A stretch of 64,000 nucleotides of DNA, taken from NCBI GenBank assembly GCA_046328875.1, contig JAXLVS010000001.1, positions 2,513,315-2,577,314 of the forward strand, read 5' to 3'. This DNA comes from Anaerolineales bacterium (GTDB taxonomy: Bacteria > Chloroflexota > Anaerolineae > Anaerolineales > Villigracilaceae). Shown in pieces: positions 17,547-27,686 of this stretch. The position numbers and the translations under genes were made by a program. The notes beneath the pieces were generated by a model that was not told where the DNA came from, made no database searches, and was given only the letters and a program-made list of their open reading frames with translations. Positions within the stretch are counted from its first letter, which is position 1, and each line of letters opens with the position of its first letter.

Positions 17547-18248
17547 TTAAACGTGAGAATATCTTCGGTGAATTGTCTTATCACAGCAAAGTATATATTT
17601 TGAAACCTCTGTATAATTAGCAGCATTGGAGGGCAATATTCTACGGATAATGCTTGGCAAAAATTCCGTAAATTTCACTTCCATCACTAGTAACCCTGGG
17701 TCCATTGTTTCAACCGTAGGCATATCTGCATCGAAAATATCAAAACCATCCACACCAGCTCGAATATTTTTATCAAATGTTATTCGAACATCCCCGGCTG
17801 CCATGACATACGGCTCGCGCTCATAATCAACCACAACCCTTGGGCGCATCAATTTAGAAACACATTCATGATAAAAAACTTTCAGCAAATCACTAGAATT
17901 CTTCAGAAGCACACTGTAGTCGCCCTGAATAACACCATATACTTGCTCTTTTGTCATCAATGATGATATTTTGTGGTTATATTGGCCAATCTTATTCTTT
18001 TTCTCAAAATTTATTCTTTTATCCGAATTGTTGTAAATTCGAATTCGATGTTTCGCTCTTTTTAGAATGCCAGCGTACTTATCCTCATATGAACTGTTGT
18101 TGTAATCATCAAAATACAAGCTGCGGACAGTATAAGATCCATCAGATGCCACATTAGCATCACTTGAAAGTACACTCTTTAATCTGGAACTGATCAAAGC
18201 GTGGTCTTGATAATTGATAATATATTTCATTTCATGTCGATATGCCAT
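17547..18248 (-). CDS. VTC-domain (polyphosphate polymerase-like, CYTH/TTM fold) protein
   Basis: RHEMKY, VRSLYFDD, KHRIRIY, FEKKNK, YEREPY, RITFD, MEVKF, SKY. Confidence 0.85.
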   Translation of the reverse strand: MAYRHEMKYIINYQDHALISSRLKSVLSSDANVASDGSYTVRSLYFDDYNNSSYEDKYAGILKRAKHRIRIYNNSDKRINFEKKNKIGQYNHKISSLMTKEQVYGVIQGDYSVLLKNSSDLLKVFYHECVSKLMRPRVVVDYEREPYVMAAGDVRITFDKNIRAGVDGFDIFDADMPTVETMDPGLLVMEVKFTEFLPSIIRRILPSNAANYTEVSKYILCCDKTIHRRYSHV

Positions 18249-18438
18249 CTTCAAAACCTGCCTATCTTAATCAAAGAATACTTTGCTTCATTAAGAAGTA
18301 AATATCCAACACCCAAATATATATTAAATCGGATTGGTATTCTACCAAATTCATTAAGCAGTTTCATCAAAGTATGTCCTTATAATTTCTTCACAAAGCT
18401 TTAAAGCTTATCATACATATACTCATACCAAGCTCAAT

Positions 18439-20241
18439 TTATTTTGAATTTTCCGTTACATCCCCATCAGGCGTAATAGTAAACAATTTCAGGCCGCCAT
18501 AAGGGTAACCATCAGCGTCTTCATAATCATCAAAGGCGTATTGAACTTTACCCGCTTCGTTGACAGCTAATACACGCCAAAAATAATTTCCCGGATCAAA
18601 AAGAGGGACATCAAGAGTTGTCACATTGACTGTGTCTGCTTGGTAAATAATACTAGTAAAACGTGGATCTCGACTCACTTCAAAATGGTATGTAATACTC
18701 TGAGGTGTGAAATTGTAAGCCTCCTCCCATTCAAACGTTAATACACCTGCAGAGACAACAGGAGTACCCAAATAGAAAGGCATCGGCATATTCAACGTTT
18801 CTAAATACAAATTATAGTTATTTTGAATCTCTGAAGGAATTAAAGAGTATGAGGAATTAAATTCAGCTTTGCTCCCAGGTAAATATCTTACGTCTGGAAG
18901 ACTAAATATAATCGGTTCGACGACAGGTCTGTAAATATCTAGTAAACTTTGAATCCTTTCGGGTGTTAATATTGTTATCAATTCATTCATCTTATCCGTT
19001 AATTTTTGACGATATACATCCGATCTCATAACGCGGTTATGAAGAATCCCACCCCAATAATTTGCAATCCCTACTTCCCAAGGTAAGTAAGGATACTCTC
19101 CAGCTTCCGTCCGCCTCTGGCGAAAAAGAGAATCATCATAATCCCACGGTAAAAAATACCATTTCTCACTATTTTGAGGGCTGTACAGAAAAAAGTTTTG
19201 ATTCTGAGTATCAACATTACCAACTAAAATATTAAACGCCATCCACGTAAAATAATTATCCGAATCAAAATATTTCTCAAACGATTGTTCAATAGGTATT
19301 TCTTCGTTGGTAATATCATCCAACATCTGAATAAGTTTAGAATGATCCCTACTTCCTTTAATCTCCAATCGATGTGAAAATTCTGCTTCATTGTAAAGTG
19401 GGTCATCTGCCATACGAATTTGATCAGCATAGCGATCGAACTCAAATGAGGTTGCTTTATATAATTGAGCATTACGATCAAGCAGATGATTTTTCAAGAA
19501 CGTTTTATTAACTTGCTCTACCTGAGTAAACAAGCCCAAGTCCACAAATTTTGTACTTACTGGAGTTGCAGTCTCGTCCTTTACATACAAATGCACAAAC
19601 TGTGTTCGAAGGCTAAGCATGTTAGGAACCAACTTCATCAAATCAAAGCTGAGTTTATTTCTTATGCGGGAGATATCGTAAATATGCTTATTAAGCGCAA
19701 ACGTAGTTTGTCCACGCCAATTACCTGCTCCTTCAAACAGTTCTATTTTGTAAGACTTTTGATGCTTAGAAGAAGAAGAGGAAGCTCCACGAATTTGAAT
19801 GGTTCCATTTGGCACCACAGCCCCATACCCTAATTCACCTGGCAGCGGTCCACTCTCATCTCCAAACTGAACAATTACCTCTGCTTCGCCAACAATATCA
19901 TTTGCTGAACGAGAACCATTGGTCCACTTACTAAAAGCGTTTACCTCTGTCCAAGTGTAATTAGTATTCTCCAACAAATTCCCTTTTCGAGCCGTAATAT
20001 ATACAACTACCACTGAACCAGGGTCATCATACTGAAATACGTTCTTATTATCCTGAAGCGGCAGGTCATTAATATTAACAATCGGAGCAAATGCAACAGG
20101 AGTTGTGGCAATAGGGACAGGAGTAATCGGGGTGGCAGCTTTATCTTTAACAATTTCCGATGTAGTGACAAGGCTGCCTAAAGAAACAAACAGCAAAAAT
20201 AACACCAGCATGCCTAATGCTATTTTTGATATTCGTATCAT
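18439..20241 (-). CDS. cotH: CotH-family kinase 2, N-terminal membrane anchor, C-terminal beta-sandwich
   Basis: IQIRGASS, KSYKIEL, NKLSFDL, GLFTQVE, NILVGNVD, LPWDYD. Confidence 0.85.
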   Translation of the reverse strand: MIRISKIALGMLVLFLLFVSLGSLVTTSEIVKDKAATPITPVPIATTPVAFAPIVNINDLPLQDNKNVFQYDDPGSVVVVYITARKGNLLENTNYTWTEVNAFSKWTNGSRSANDIVGEAEVIVQFGDESGPLPGELGYGAVVPNGTIQIRGASSSSSKHQKSYKIELFEGAGNWRGQTTFALNKHIYDISRIRNKLSFDLMKLVPNMLSLRTQFVHLYVKDETATPVSTKFVDLGLFTQVEQVNKTFLKNHLLDRNAQLYKATSFEFDRYADQIRMADDPLYNEAEFSHRLEIKGSRDHSKLIQMLDDITNEEIPIEQSFEKYFDSDNYFTWMAFNILVGNVDTQNQNFFLYSPQNSEKWYFLPWDYDDSLFRQRRTEAGEYPYLPWEVGIANYWGGILHNRVMRSDVYRQKLTDKMNELITILTPERIQSLLDIYRPVVEPIIFSLPDVRYLPGSKAEFNSSYSLIPSEIQNNYNLYLETLNMPMPFYLGTPVVSAGVLTFEWEEAYNFTPQSITYHFEVSRDPRFTSIIYQADTVNVTTLDVPLFDPGNYFWRVLAVNEAGKVQYAFDDYEDADGYPYGGLKLFTITPDGDVTENSK

Positions 20242-22022
20242 TCTAGCACCTCACCATCTGGAGTTACGTAAAATCGTTTTACGCCTGGGTGAGATCGAGA
20301 GTCGGTATCATAATATTTATCAAACGGATATTGTGAATATCCGGAAGTATTAGTCGCTACTACGCCCCAGAAATATTCTCCAGGACTTAACATATCAACC
20401 TGAATATTTGTCGTATTTGTTAAAACTTGATCAAATACAACATCATTAAATGCCCAATCCTTCGCTATTTGAAAATGGTAGGAAATATCCTCCCCATTAA
20501 AATCATGGGATTCGTCCCAAGCGAATGATAATTTTCCATCGCTAAGTGTCGGCTCTCCAAGATAAAATGGCATGGGCTTTTTCAACGATTCAACATATAA
20601 ATTGTAATTAGTCTCGACATCGCCTGGTATTAAATTTGCTATCAGATGGGATTGTGAGGGATCTGAAGGCATATAATAATTATCAGGTAACACCTGCGTA
20701 TATTGATCAACCACCGGCTGGTAAAGCTTAATTAAATTTTCTATCCGTTGAGGCGTTAATATTTCCTTCACTTCAAGGACTTTTTCATCCAGGGTCTTTC
20801 TATATTTTTCGACGCTCAAAACCCTTCTATGTAAAACCACTCCCCAGTAATTTGACACCCCGTTTTCCCACGGTGCAATACTATATGAAACAAGGTTGGG
20901 TTGATTCTGTAATGGGAACGCATCATCGTAATCCCATGGAATAAAATACCACTTAGTTCCATTCTTAGGGCTATAAAGAAAATAATTCTGCGACTGTGTA
21001 TCGATATTACCAACAAGGATATTAAAAGCCATCCAAGTAAAATAGTTATCTGAATTAAAATATTTTTCGAAAGTCTGCTCTATTGGTATGTCATAATTAT
21101 TGACGTCATCCAAAAGTTGAATAAGCTTAGCATGATCCTTATTCCCCTTGATCTCTAATCGTAAAGAAAAAGAGTCTGCGTCATAAAGTGAATCAGTTAC
21201 CAAACGTATCTGATCAGCATATCGATAAAACTCAAAATCATTCGCTTTATAAAATTGGCCATCACGGTCCAGATGGCGGCTTTCAAGGAACCGCTTATTC
21301 GGTTGCTCTACCTGAGTAAACAAACCATAATCCACAAATTCAGTTTGTACTGGATCAGAAGTCTCATCTTTTACATAAACATGAACAAACTGGGTGCGAA
21401 GACTGATCATGTCAGGAATATCTTTCAACAAGTCAAAGCTAAGTTTATTTCTAAATCTTGAGCCATCATATATATGCTTATTAAGATTGATCGTAGATTG
21501 ACCGCGCCACGTACCCGCATTATTAAACAGCTCTACTTTGTAAGATTTCTGTGGCGCAAGTGAAGTAGTTGCACCCCGAATCTGTATAGTACCATTTGGT
21601 GTTAAAGCACCGTACCCCACTTCCCCTGGCAATGGACCAGTCTCATTTCCGAATTGTACAATCGCCTCTGCTTTCCCTACCTCAACAACCTTATCTTCCA
21701 ACTCCCAATACTTAGTAAAGTCGTTGATCTGTTGCCATGTGTAATCCGTCTTATCAGAAGAGTTCCCTTTTCTTATTGTTAAATACATTGTCACCACTGA
21801 ACCAGGGCTATCATTTTGGTACACAACCGGATTGTCCTGAAACGGAAGGTCATCAATATTCCCAGCAGTTTCAACAGGTGCCCCGTATAAGGGTGTGGCG
21901 ATCAACGTAGCAACCGTCAAGTTCTTATCAATAGCTGCACCAGAAGGCAAACTATTGACTGAAACATATATCAGAAATAATGCAGCAAGAATTATTATAG
22001 TTATACGAAAAATACGTCTCAT
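20238..22022 (-). CDS. cotH: CotH-family kinase 1, N-terminal membrane anchor, C-terminal beta-sandwich
   Basis: IQIRGATT, KSYKVEL, NKLSFDL, GLFTQVE, NILVGNID, IPWDYD; 4-nt overlap with the paralogue. Confidence 0.85.
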   Translation of the reverse strand: MRRIFRITIIILAALFLIYVSVNSLPSGAAIDKNLTVATLIATPLYGAPVETAGNIDDLPFQDNPVVYQNDSPGSVVTMYLTIRKGNSSDKTDYTWQQINDFTKYWELEDKVVEVGKAEAIVQFGNETGPLPGEVGYGALTPNGTIQIRGATTSLAPQKSYKVELFNNAGTWRGQSTINLNKHIYDGSRFRNKLSFDLLKDIPDMISLRTQFVHVYVKDETSDPVQTEFVDYGLFTQVEQPNKRFLESRHLDRDGQFYKANDFEFYRYADQIRLVTDSLYDADSFSLRLEIKGNKDHAKLIQLLDDVNNYDIPIEQTFEKYFNSDNYFTWMAFNILVGNIDTQSQNYFLYSPKNGTKWYFIPWDYDDAFPLQNQPNLVSYSIAPWENGVSNYWGVVLHRRVLSVEKYRKTLDEKVLEVKEILTPQRIENLIKLYQPVVDQYTQVLPDNYYMPSDPSQSHLIANLIPGDVETNYNLYVESLKKPMPFYLGEPTLSDGKLSFAWDESHDFNGEDISYHFQIAKDWAFNDVVFDQVLTNTTNIQVDMLSPGEYFWGVVATNTSGYSQYPFDKYYDTDSRSHPGVKRFYVTPDGEVLE

Positions 22023-22052
22023 TCAAGGTACCTCATTGAAAATAAAATCCAT

Positions 22053-23489
22053 TTAAGAATCAAGCCTATCAGCCAAACGCGTTAAAAAGCTCTTTTTCTG
22101 CACAAAAAACACTGGTTGTTTCGTAAATATATAGTAATCAAGACGGTCGGTATAAGAGAATAAAAGGCGTAACGCTACTATGTATAATACAACTCCAGCT
22201 AAAACAAAACCGAAGCCATAATAAGCTTGTGATAAGGAAATCGTATATAAAGTCACCAAGGTGTTGACCACAAAAAAAGAGGAGACAGCCCATAAAGCAT
22301 CAGTATTACTTGAAAAATAAAGCAGGAAAAGCATTAGCACATTTCCTATCGCGTAAATACCATACCCGACGCAAAGAACGCGAAACATTTCAATCATACT
22401 GGCAGTAAAACCCAGCTTGAGATATGACAACATTTCACCAACTAATGTAATTGAGAACAGTGTTATGAAAATCTGCTGTATTGCCAAAAAGAAAATTTCC
22501 TGCTTAAGAACATCCAACATATCATCATAAGCTTTTTCAATATTACTTAAAGAGCCATCCCCATTTAACAAGCTAAAATACAAACGATATTTGGGGTAAA
22601 AATTCACCTCAACTGAGGTAACAAAGTTAACTGTTGTTACAAGGCTGGTCATAAACGCCAAAAGCGCGGGGATGTCATGCCTGGGTGCATGGTAAAAAAG
22701 CCCATCCACTTGAATGCCCCATGGGCTTGTCCACATCAACAATAGATGAATAAAAAGGCCGAGTGTGGAAAAAAAGCCAACAAAGGGCAGTTGAGGGTAT
22801 TTATCTATCCATTCAAGAAACTTAAATGGGCTTCCTGATCCCATGGGAAAAAATTCATGTAACACAATTGTAAAGTCAACGATCAAGACCCCGTAGGCTA
22901 CGCAAGTACCAGCGAGTAAAGAGGCGACAACTTCGTATTTCAAGAAGATAAAAATAAGACTTACCAATAAGCCACTTACTATTCCTATCAAGAAGCCAAG
23001 TAAGATTCCACGATATTCTTTTACTGCAGATATATAGCTGATCTGAATCCAAGCTACAACTCCTTCGCAAAACAGAATAAAGGAATATAAGCCATATGTA
23101 AAATCCAACTTGCTAATTATAAGGAATGCAACCCACATCACTGAGCCAATAACCAGGAAAAACGAAATCGCACCATACATAGATGGCAAAACTCTTTCAT
23201 GGGCATCTATGTAGAGCATATCAGCGACAAATCTTGATAACACAAAAAGAAGAGAGCTGGTCAGGATGAGCGAAAACAACAAAGAGTATGTAATGATTAC
23301 TACTATCAGATCTTGCTGATGTATAGATGCGCCACCAAAAGTCGAAATATACCTTGCGCCTAAAAGAAAAAGCGCTCCCATCAACATGGGACCGGCCACT
23401 ACCAAGCTGGCATATAGATTTGCCCTGGCTTGCAACAATAAGCCTTTCTTTGCAAAGAGCTTTTTTAACTCAAATCCGATTCCTGCCAT
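22053..23489 (-). CDS. pelG: Pel exopolysaccharide exporter (MATE/flippase-like)
   Basis: Starts MAGIGFELKKL; RFVADMLY; FYPKYRLYF; about 12 TM helices; follows pelF. Confidence 0.92.
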   Translation of the reverse strand: MAGIGFELKKLFAKKGLLLQARANLYASLVVAGPMLMGALFLLGARYISTFGGASIHQQDLIVVIITYSLLFSLILTSSLLFVLSRFVADMLYIDAHERVLPSMYGAISFFLVIGSVMWVAFLIISKLDFTYGLYSFILFCEGVVAWIQISYISAVKEYRGILLGFLIGIVSGLLVSLIFIFLKYEVVASLLAGTCVAYGVLIVDFTIVLHEFFPMGSGSPFKFLEWIDKYPQLPFVGFFSTLGLFIHLLLMWTSPWGIQVDGLFYHAPRHDIPALLAFMTSLVTTVNFVTSVEVNFYPKYRLYFSLLNGDGSLSNIEKAYDDMLDVLKQEIFFLAIQQIFITLFSITLVGEMLSYLKLGFTASMIEMFRVLCVGYGIYAIGNVLMLFLLYFSSNTDALWAVSSFFVVNTLVTLYTISLSQAYYGFGFVLAGVVLYIVALRLLFSYTDRLDYYIFTKQPVFFVQKKSFLTRLADRLDS

Positions 23490-24892
23490 TGGGAAATTGC
23501 CCTTTCATATACGTTTAAATACTGATCGATCATATTGTTGATATCAAAATACTTCTTAACTCTTTTTTGTCCTGCCTCACCCATCTGCTTTCTTTTTTCT
23601 TCATTCAAGCACATCTCAAGCAAGGCCTGATATAGTTTCGATTGATGCATGGGTGGAACACAAATTCCAGCATGCCCAAAATTATCACCAACATCACCTT
23701 CAATAAGATCACGACAACTACCAACATCTGTCGTAACTACAGGTCGCTTCGCCGCCATGGATTCCAAGACTGCAAAAGGCTGACCTTCTGAAATACTCGT
23801 TAAAATCGTAAAATCTATTTTCTCAAGATAGCTCGTTGTCCTGACTGTGCCTGGAATGATAATGTCTTTAATTTGCAAGTACTCAATTAAATCTAAACAT
23901 TCTTGGTGATATTCTTCATCATCCACGCCACCAATAATGTGCAAACGAGCATTCTCGACATCTTGTTTTAATCGTGAGAAGGTATAGATAAGGGTTTTGA
24001 GATCTTTGATTGGAGCAAACCGTGCAATAATCGCAATATCTATCCAACCATCTTTCGGTTTATCAGGAATAGAAATAAAAGATTCAAGGTGAAGGCCATT
24101 TCCAACCACATCACACTTGTCTTCTGGACAGCCCAGCTCCTGCTGCACAAGGCTTGCACGGCGATACAAACTGGTAACTCTATGAGCTCGCGTATAGGCA
24201 AGCCGTGCAAACATAAAAAACATAGAGATCCACAAATCTTTAAAATATGACTTCACCCAATCAGACCGTAAAATCTCCTCTTCTCTTTCTCTTGTGTAAA
24301 TACCATGCTCTGTTAAAACAAAAGGTTTATTGTATTTCATAGAGGCTAAAGCAGCTAAAACACCTGCGTAGCCAGTTGAAGGGCTATGGTAAAGGTCTGC
24401 CTCGGGCATAGGCTGGCCAATTAGATAAAGCAAAGGTAAAAACATTGAACGAATTGTCCAGAAAAGGTCTTTAAAACCAGCAAAAGGATAATCATCTCTT
24501 GTGTAGTCTTTTAGGATTTTTAAAAACTCTTCGCTCAAGAAAAATTCCACTGGCTTATTTGATTGCAAGTTGAAACTATCAAGTATCACTCGCCAATCCG
24601 GATCGCCACTTCGGATCATTTTGGACATCGCTTCTCTTTCCGCCGCGGTGAATTTTAAATTTGGATTTTTATTAATACGCAAGTTAAATGAAGCACTTAA
24701 AAAGTTTTCATGTACAGTAACCACGTTTGAGGGGAGCTCATAAGCAAACTTTCCTGCCTGACCTTCTTGATCCGTTATCGTCCACAAAACGAATTCATGA
24801 TCTGGCAAAGCGCGGATATATCCATCAACCCACGTGGAAACTCCGCCACGAACATACGGATAACTACCTTCAAGAATAAAACAAATCTTCAA
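23465..24892 (-). CDS. pelF: Pel GT4 glycosyltransferase
   Basis: EGSYPYVRGGVSTW, TGYAG, TEHGIYTRERE, IKDLKT, SISEGQPFAVLE (EX7E). Confidence 0.95.
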   Translation of the reverse strand: MKICFILEGSYPYVRGGVSTWVDGYIRALPDHEFVLWTITDQEGQAGKFAYELPSNVVTVHENFLSASFNLRINKNPNLKFTAAEREAMSKMIRSGDPDWRVILDSFNLQSNKPVEFFLSEEFLKILKDYTRDDYPFAGFKDLFWTIRSMFLPLLYLIGQPMPEADLYHSPSTGYAGVLAALASMKYNKPFVLTEHGIYTREREEEILRSDWVKSYFKDLWISMFFMFARLAYTRAHRVTSLYRRASLVQQELGCPEDKCDVVGNGLHLESFISIPDKPKDGWIDIAIIARFAPIKDLKTLIYTFSRLKQDVENARLHIIGGVDDEEYHQECLDLIEYLQIKDIIIPGTVRTTSYLEKIDFTILTSISEGQPFAVLESMAAKRPVVTTDVGSCRDLIEGDVGDNFGHAGICVPPMHQSKLYQALLEMCLNEEKRKQMGEAGQKRVKKYFDINNMIDQYLNVYERAISQWQESDLS

Positions 24893-24895
24893 CTC

Positions 24896-26746
24896 TTACT
24901 CCTCAAAAAATATGGTAACGCTCGACTTAGTAGCTTGAACCAAATAAAGATCTGTAGAAATTTGAGTAATAACGCCGCCTTCAATTGACGAAGGATTTTT
25001 TGTAGAACGTAACATCAACCAGGCTTCGTCATAAAAATTACCGAAGGTTATTTCGAGGTTCCCGTTATTATCATGTGTTTCCATCGCAAGACGCGCAAAA
25101 CGTTGGACAGCCATCGCACCTTCTCGCCCGGTCATGTTTCGCAAGCCAGGTGCAGAATCCTTAAGCCATTGTAAAAATCTATCATATTGATCCTTAAGGT
25201 CTGGCCAACCTTTCTCAGCACCACGATCAGGATCAAGAAGATCATCAGGATGGAGAAAGTGGGTATTAACATAGTGCATACGAAGCTCATTTATAGCTGC
25301 CCACTGCATATATTCATCATCATAAATATTGTATCCAGAAATAACCCGTGGAAACTCAATAATTCCATCTGATGCCTCAGTAAATTCCTGCACATACTCC
25401 TGCGCATCTTCATCTGGGATGTAAATACTTGCAATATATTTTAAGTCAGGTATGACCAAAGGAAGCCAACGACGAGCGTCCGAACAAAGAATGTTCGATG
25501 GCGGCATATATCCAAGGAATTTATAATTAGGGAATACAGAATTTCCATAAGTAAAGACTTCACTCAAAGAAAGTTGTTCTGATTCTGTGTCTGGCCAAGA
25601 AGGGTAACCCTTTGAAGCATTTACATCATTGTCGTCAGTACAGAATGGAACATGATTATGCCCATGGAAAATAATTTCACCGCCGGCCGCAAGCAGGGAT
25701 CTACCAAAATATTTATGAGTTTCAGGTTCTAACTGTTTCACCAACGGAGGCGTAACTACCTGTGTATATGTCTCTATCATCCCCCCTGTATACCTAATAT
25801 CATACTTGGTAGCTAGCTTCTCCATATCTGGCCACCAAACTTCTCTATAAAAGGTCGCGGTGTCCATATCATAGAATCGTGTTATGTAATCATCCGATCC
25901 CTCAGGCAAAGGAGCAGGAAAGTCGTCAATATAAAAAATAGAGCTATTGATAACCGGATAAACAAAAACATCACTCAAAAGACTATAAGATGCAGCAAGT
26001 ACGCCTCTGGCAGCCTTATCTCCAAACTGATCAGAGTTAATAAATACAATACGTCCCTTACCATTATCGCACTGCCAGAGAAGGGGAATCTTGTTGCCGT
26101 CGGCACTTGTCAAATGAACTGTACAAGCATCGTTCAATTCGACGGGGTAACTGGTACCATTAATAAACTGCAAACCAAGCTTCGTGCCTTTCGCCCCAGG
26201 GAACAAGTCTGTGACAAACTCGACTCCCTTTGCTGATGCTAGTTCACCAGCCGAGCTTACAATACCCAACTTTCGATAATTTAACGTGAAGGTGCTTGAT
26301 GGGTCTGGGCGAATAGCAAATAATACTTTTCCACCGCTATCTACCCAATTCATGATGGAAGCTGTTTGTGATTCCAAATTAGATATATCCAACACTGCAA
26401 AAACTACAGTTTTGTACTTTGACAAATCGATCTTGTTGGGTGCGTCCACATCATAAACGTCATACTTAACCCGCATACTATCCAAGACCGCAAATACATC
26501 ATCGACCAAAATCCCCATATATTTATCAGTATTTTGTGAGTTTATTATCACCAAAGCGTCAACCGGCTTATCAGGAAAAAAGTTCTTCACTTCAATAATA
26601 TCATCCGGTAAAAATTGTTTTGATTGGTAATATTTAGAACTGACTTCATAAGTTATACCAGTCCTCTGAATAAACAGAGTTCCAGCCAACGCAACCAACA
26701 AAACTAATGGCAAAAGAATAAGAGAAAAGCTATAGCTGTGCTTCAT
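24896..26746 (-). CDS. pelA: DUF2194 polysaccharide deacetylase (monoderm PelA deacetylase-like)
   Basis: N-terminal TM; YIDDFPAP, HGHNH, YMPPSN, FLHPDD (CE4-like motifs); TAATG coupling to the upstream gene at 26746. Confidence 0.8.
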   Translation of the reverse strand: MKHSYSFSLILLPLVLLVALAGTLFIQRTGITYEVSSKYYQSKQFLPDDIIEVKNFFPDKPVDALVIINSQNTDKYMGILVDDVFAVLDSMRVKYDVYDVDAPNKIDLSKYKTVVFAVLDISNLESQTASIMNWVDSGGKVLFAIRPDPSSTFTLNYRKLGIVSSAGELASAKGVEFVTDLFPGAKGTKLGLQFINGTSYPVELNDACTVHLTSADGNKIPLLWQCDNGKGRIVFINSDQFGDKAARGVLAASYSLLSDVFVYPVINSSIFYIDDFPAPLPEGSDDYITRFYDMDTATFYREVWWPDMEKLATKYDIRYTGGMIETYTQVVTPPLVKQLEPETHKYFGRSLLAAGGEIIFHGHNHVPFCTDDNDVNASKGYPSWPDTESEQLSLSEVFTYGNSVFPNYKFLGYMPPSNILCSDARRWLPLVIPDLKYIASIYIPDEDAQEYVQEFTEASDGIIEFPRVISGYNIYDDEYMQWAAINELRMHYVNTHFLHPDDLLDPDRGAEKGWPDLKDQYDRFLQWLKDSAPGLRNMTGREGAMAVQRFARLAMETHDNNGNLEITFGNFYDEAWLMLRSTKNPSSIEGGVITQISTDLYLVQATKSSVTIFFEE

Positions 26747-27660
26747 TACACTATCTCCTCTGTCCAAATCTTGACCTGTTCTTTTCCATCTCTAGTCCAG
26801 TTGATCTTTTGATTTCTCATGCTCGAAATAATCTCCTGCAATTTATTACCGTCCCGACCATTAACACACACGCGAATAGACTCGATCCAGGAGCGCTCAT
26901 CCGTTGGCCAATTTAGTATCAAATAATCCCCAATTTCAAATGCAGAGTTAAATTCTGCAAGTTCAATACAATTCCGTAATTTCTTTATTATTATATTTCT
27001 GTCGTTTTTCGCTTTTTCAAGCTTTTGATCTAGAACCTTGGAGTAAACAATGCGAAGATTTTTCAATAAATGTAATTCCAAGAGGCCGCTTTCTATATAT
27101 TTCTCTAACGTATCGATATACTCATCTAATGTGCTTGAATCATCAGGATTGTTTTCCACTGCAACTGCCAGCTTTTGAATGGACAACTGAAAATCTTTTT
27201 GCGCCTTTGAAATCGTGGTCGTAGCATAATGTGAAGTTTCTACATCGTCGTTGTACTTTGCTATATTCAAAATATCCAAGTATTTAAGAGGGTCAGTATA
27301 CAGAGTTTCAAGCATGAATCTTCGACGCACTTTAACATCGTTAATTAAAATTGCCTCTTCCAATGGCACAATGTCTCCATTCTCATGAAAACTTTTCAAG
27401 GTCACCCACAAAATATCGTCTCCCAAAGTAAGGGGCTCAAGTTCTACAGGCTTGGATGCTTGCTTATTCCAAATGTTCAATGCCTCGATCACTATAGCCG
27501 TAACAGGACCAAATATGGGGACAAAAAATATAAGAAGAATTTGCTCTTTTCGAAGGTGAGACTTTCCAGAATATATAAATACAGAATATCCTATGGTGAG
27601 TAGGATATGAAAACTTAGCACAATCAATTCAATTTGAATTTTCACCAATCTCTTCTCCAA
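26746..27660 (-). CDS. pelE: PelE-like protein (two N-terminal TMs, helical/TPR-like C-terminus)
   Basis: Position between pelD and pelA; VPLEEAIL, ETSHYA; the start may instead be TTG/GTG at 27648/27645. Confidence 0.65.
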   Translation of the reverse strand: MEKRLVKIQIELIVLSFHILLTIGYSVFIYSGKSHLRKEQILLIFFVPIFGPVTAIVIEALNIWNKQASKPVELEPLTLGDDILWVTLKSFHENGDIVPLEEAILINDVKVRRRFMLETLYTDPLKYLDILNIAKYNDDVETSHYATTTISKAQKDFQLSIQKLAVAVENNPDDSSTLDEYIDTLEKYIESGLLELHLLKNLRIVYSKVLDQKLEKAKNDRNIIIKKLRNCIELAEFNSAFEIGDYLILNWPTDERSWIESIRVCVNGRDGNKLQEIISSMRNQKINWTRDGKEQVKIWTEEIV

Positions 27661-27686
27661 AAAGTTACAAAAAGCAATTCCATTAA

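Noticed and set aside
18439-22022. CotH as evidence of a spore coat or sporulation
   Set aside because: No other sporulation genes; membrane anchors and the polysaccharide context fit a general extracytoplasmic kinase better.
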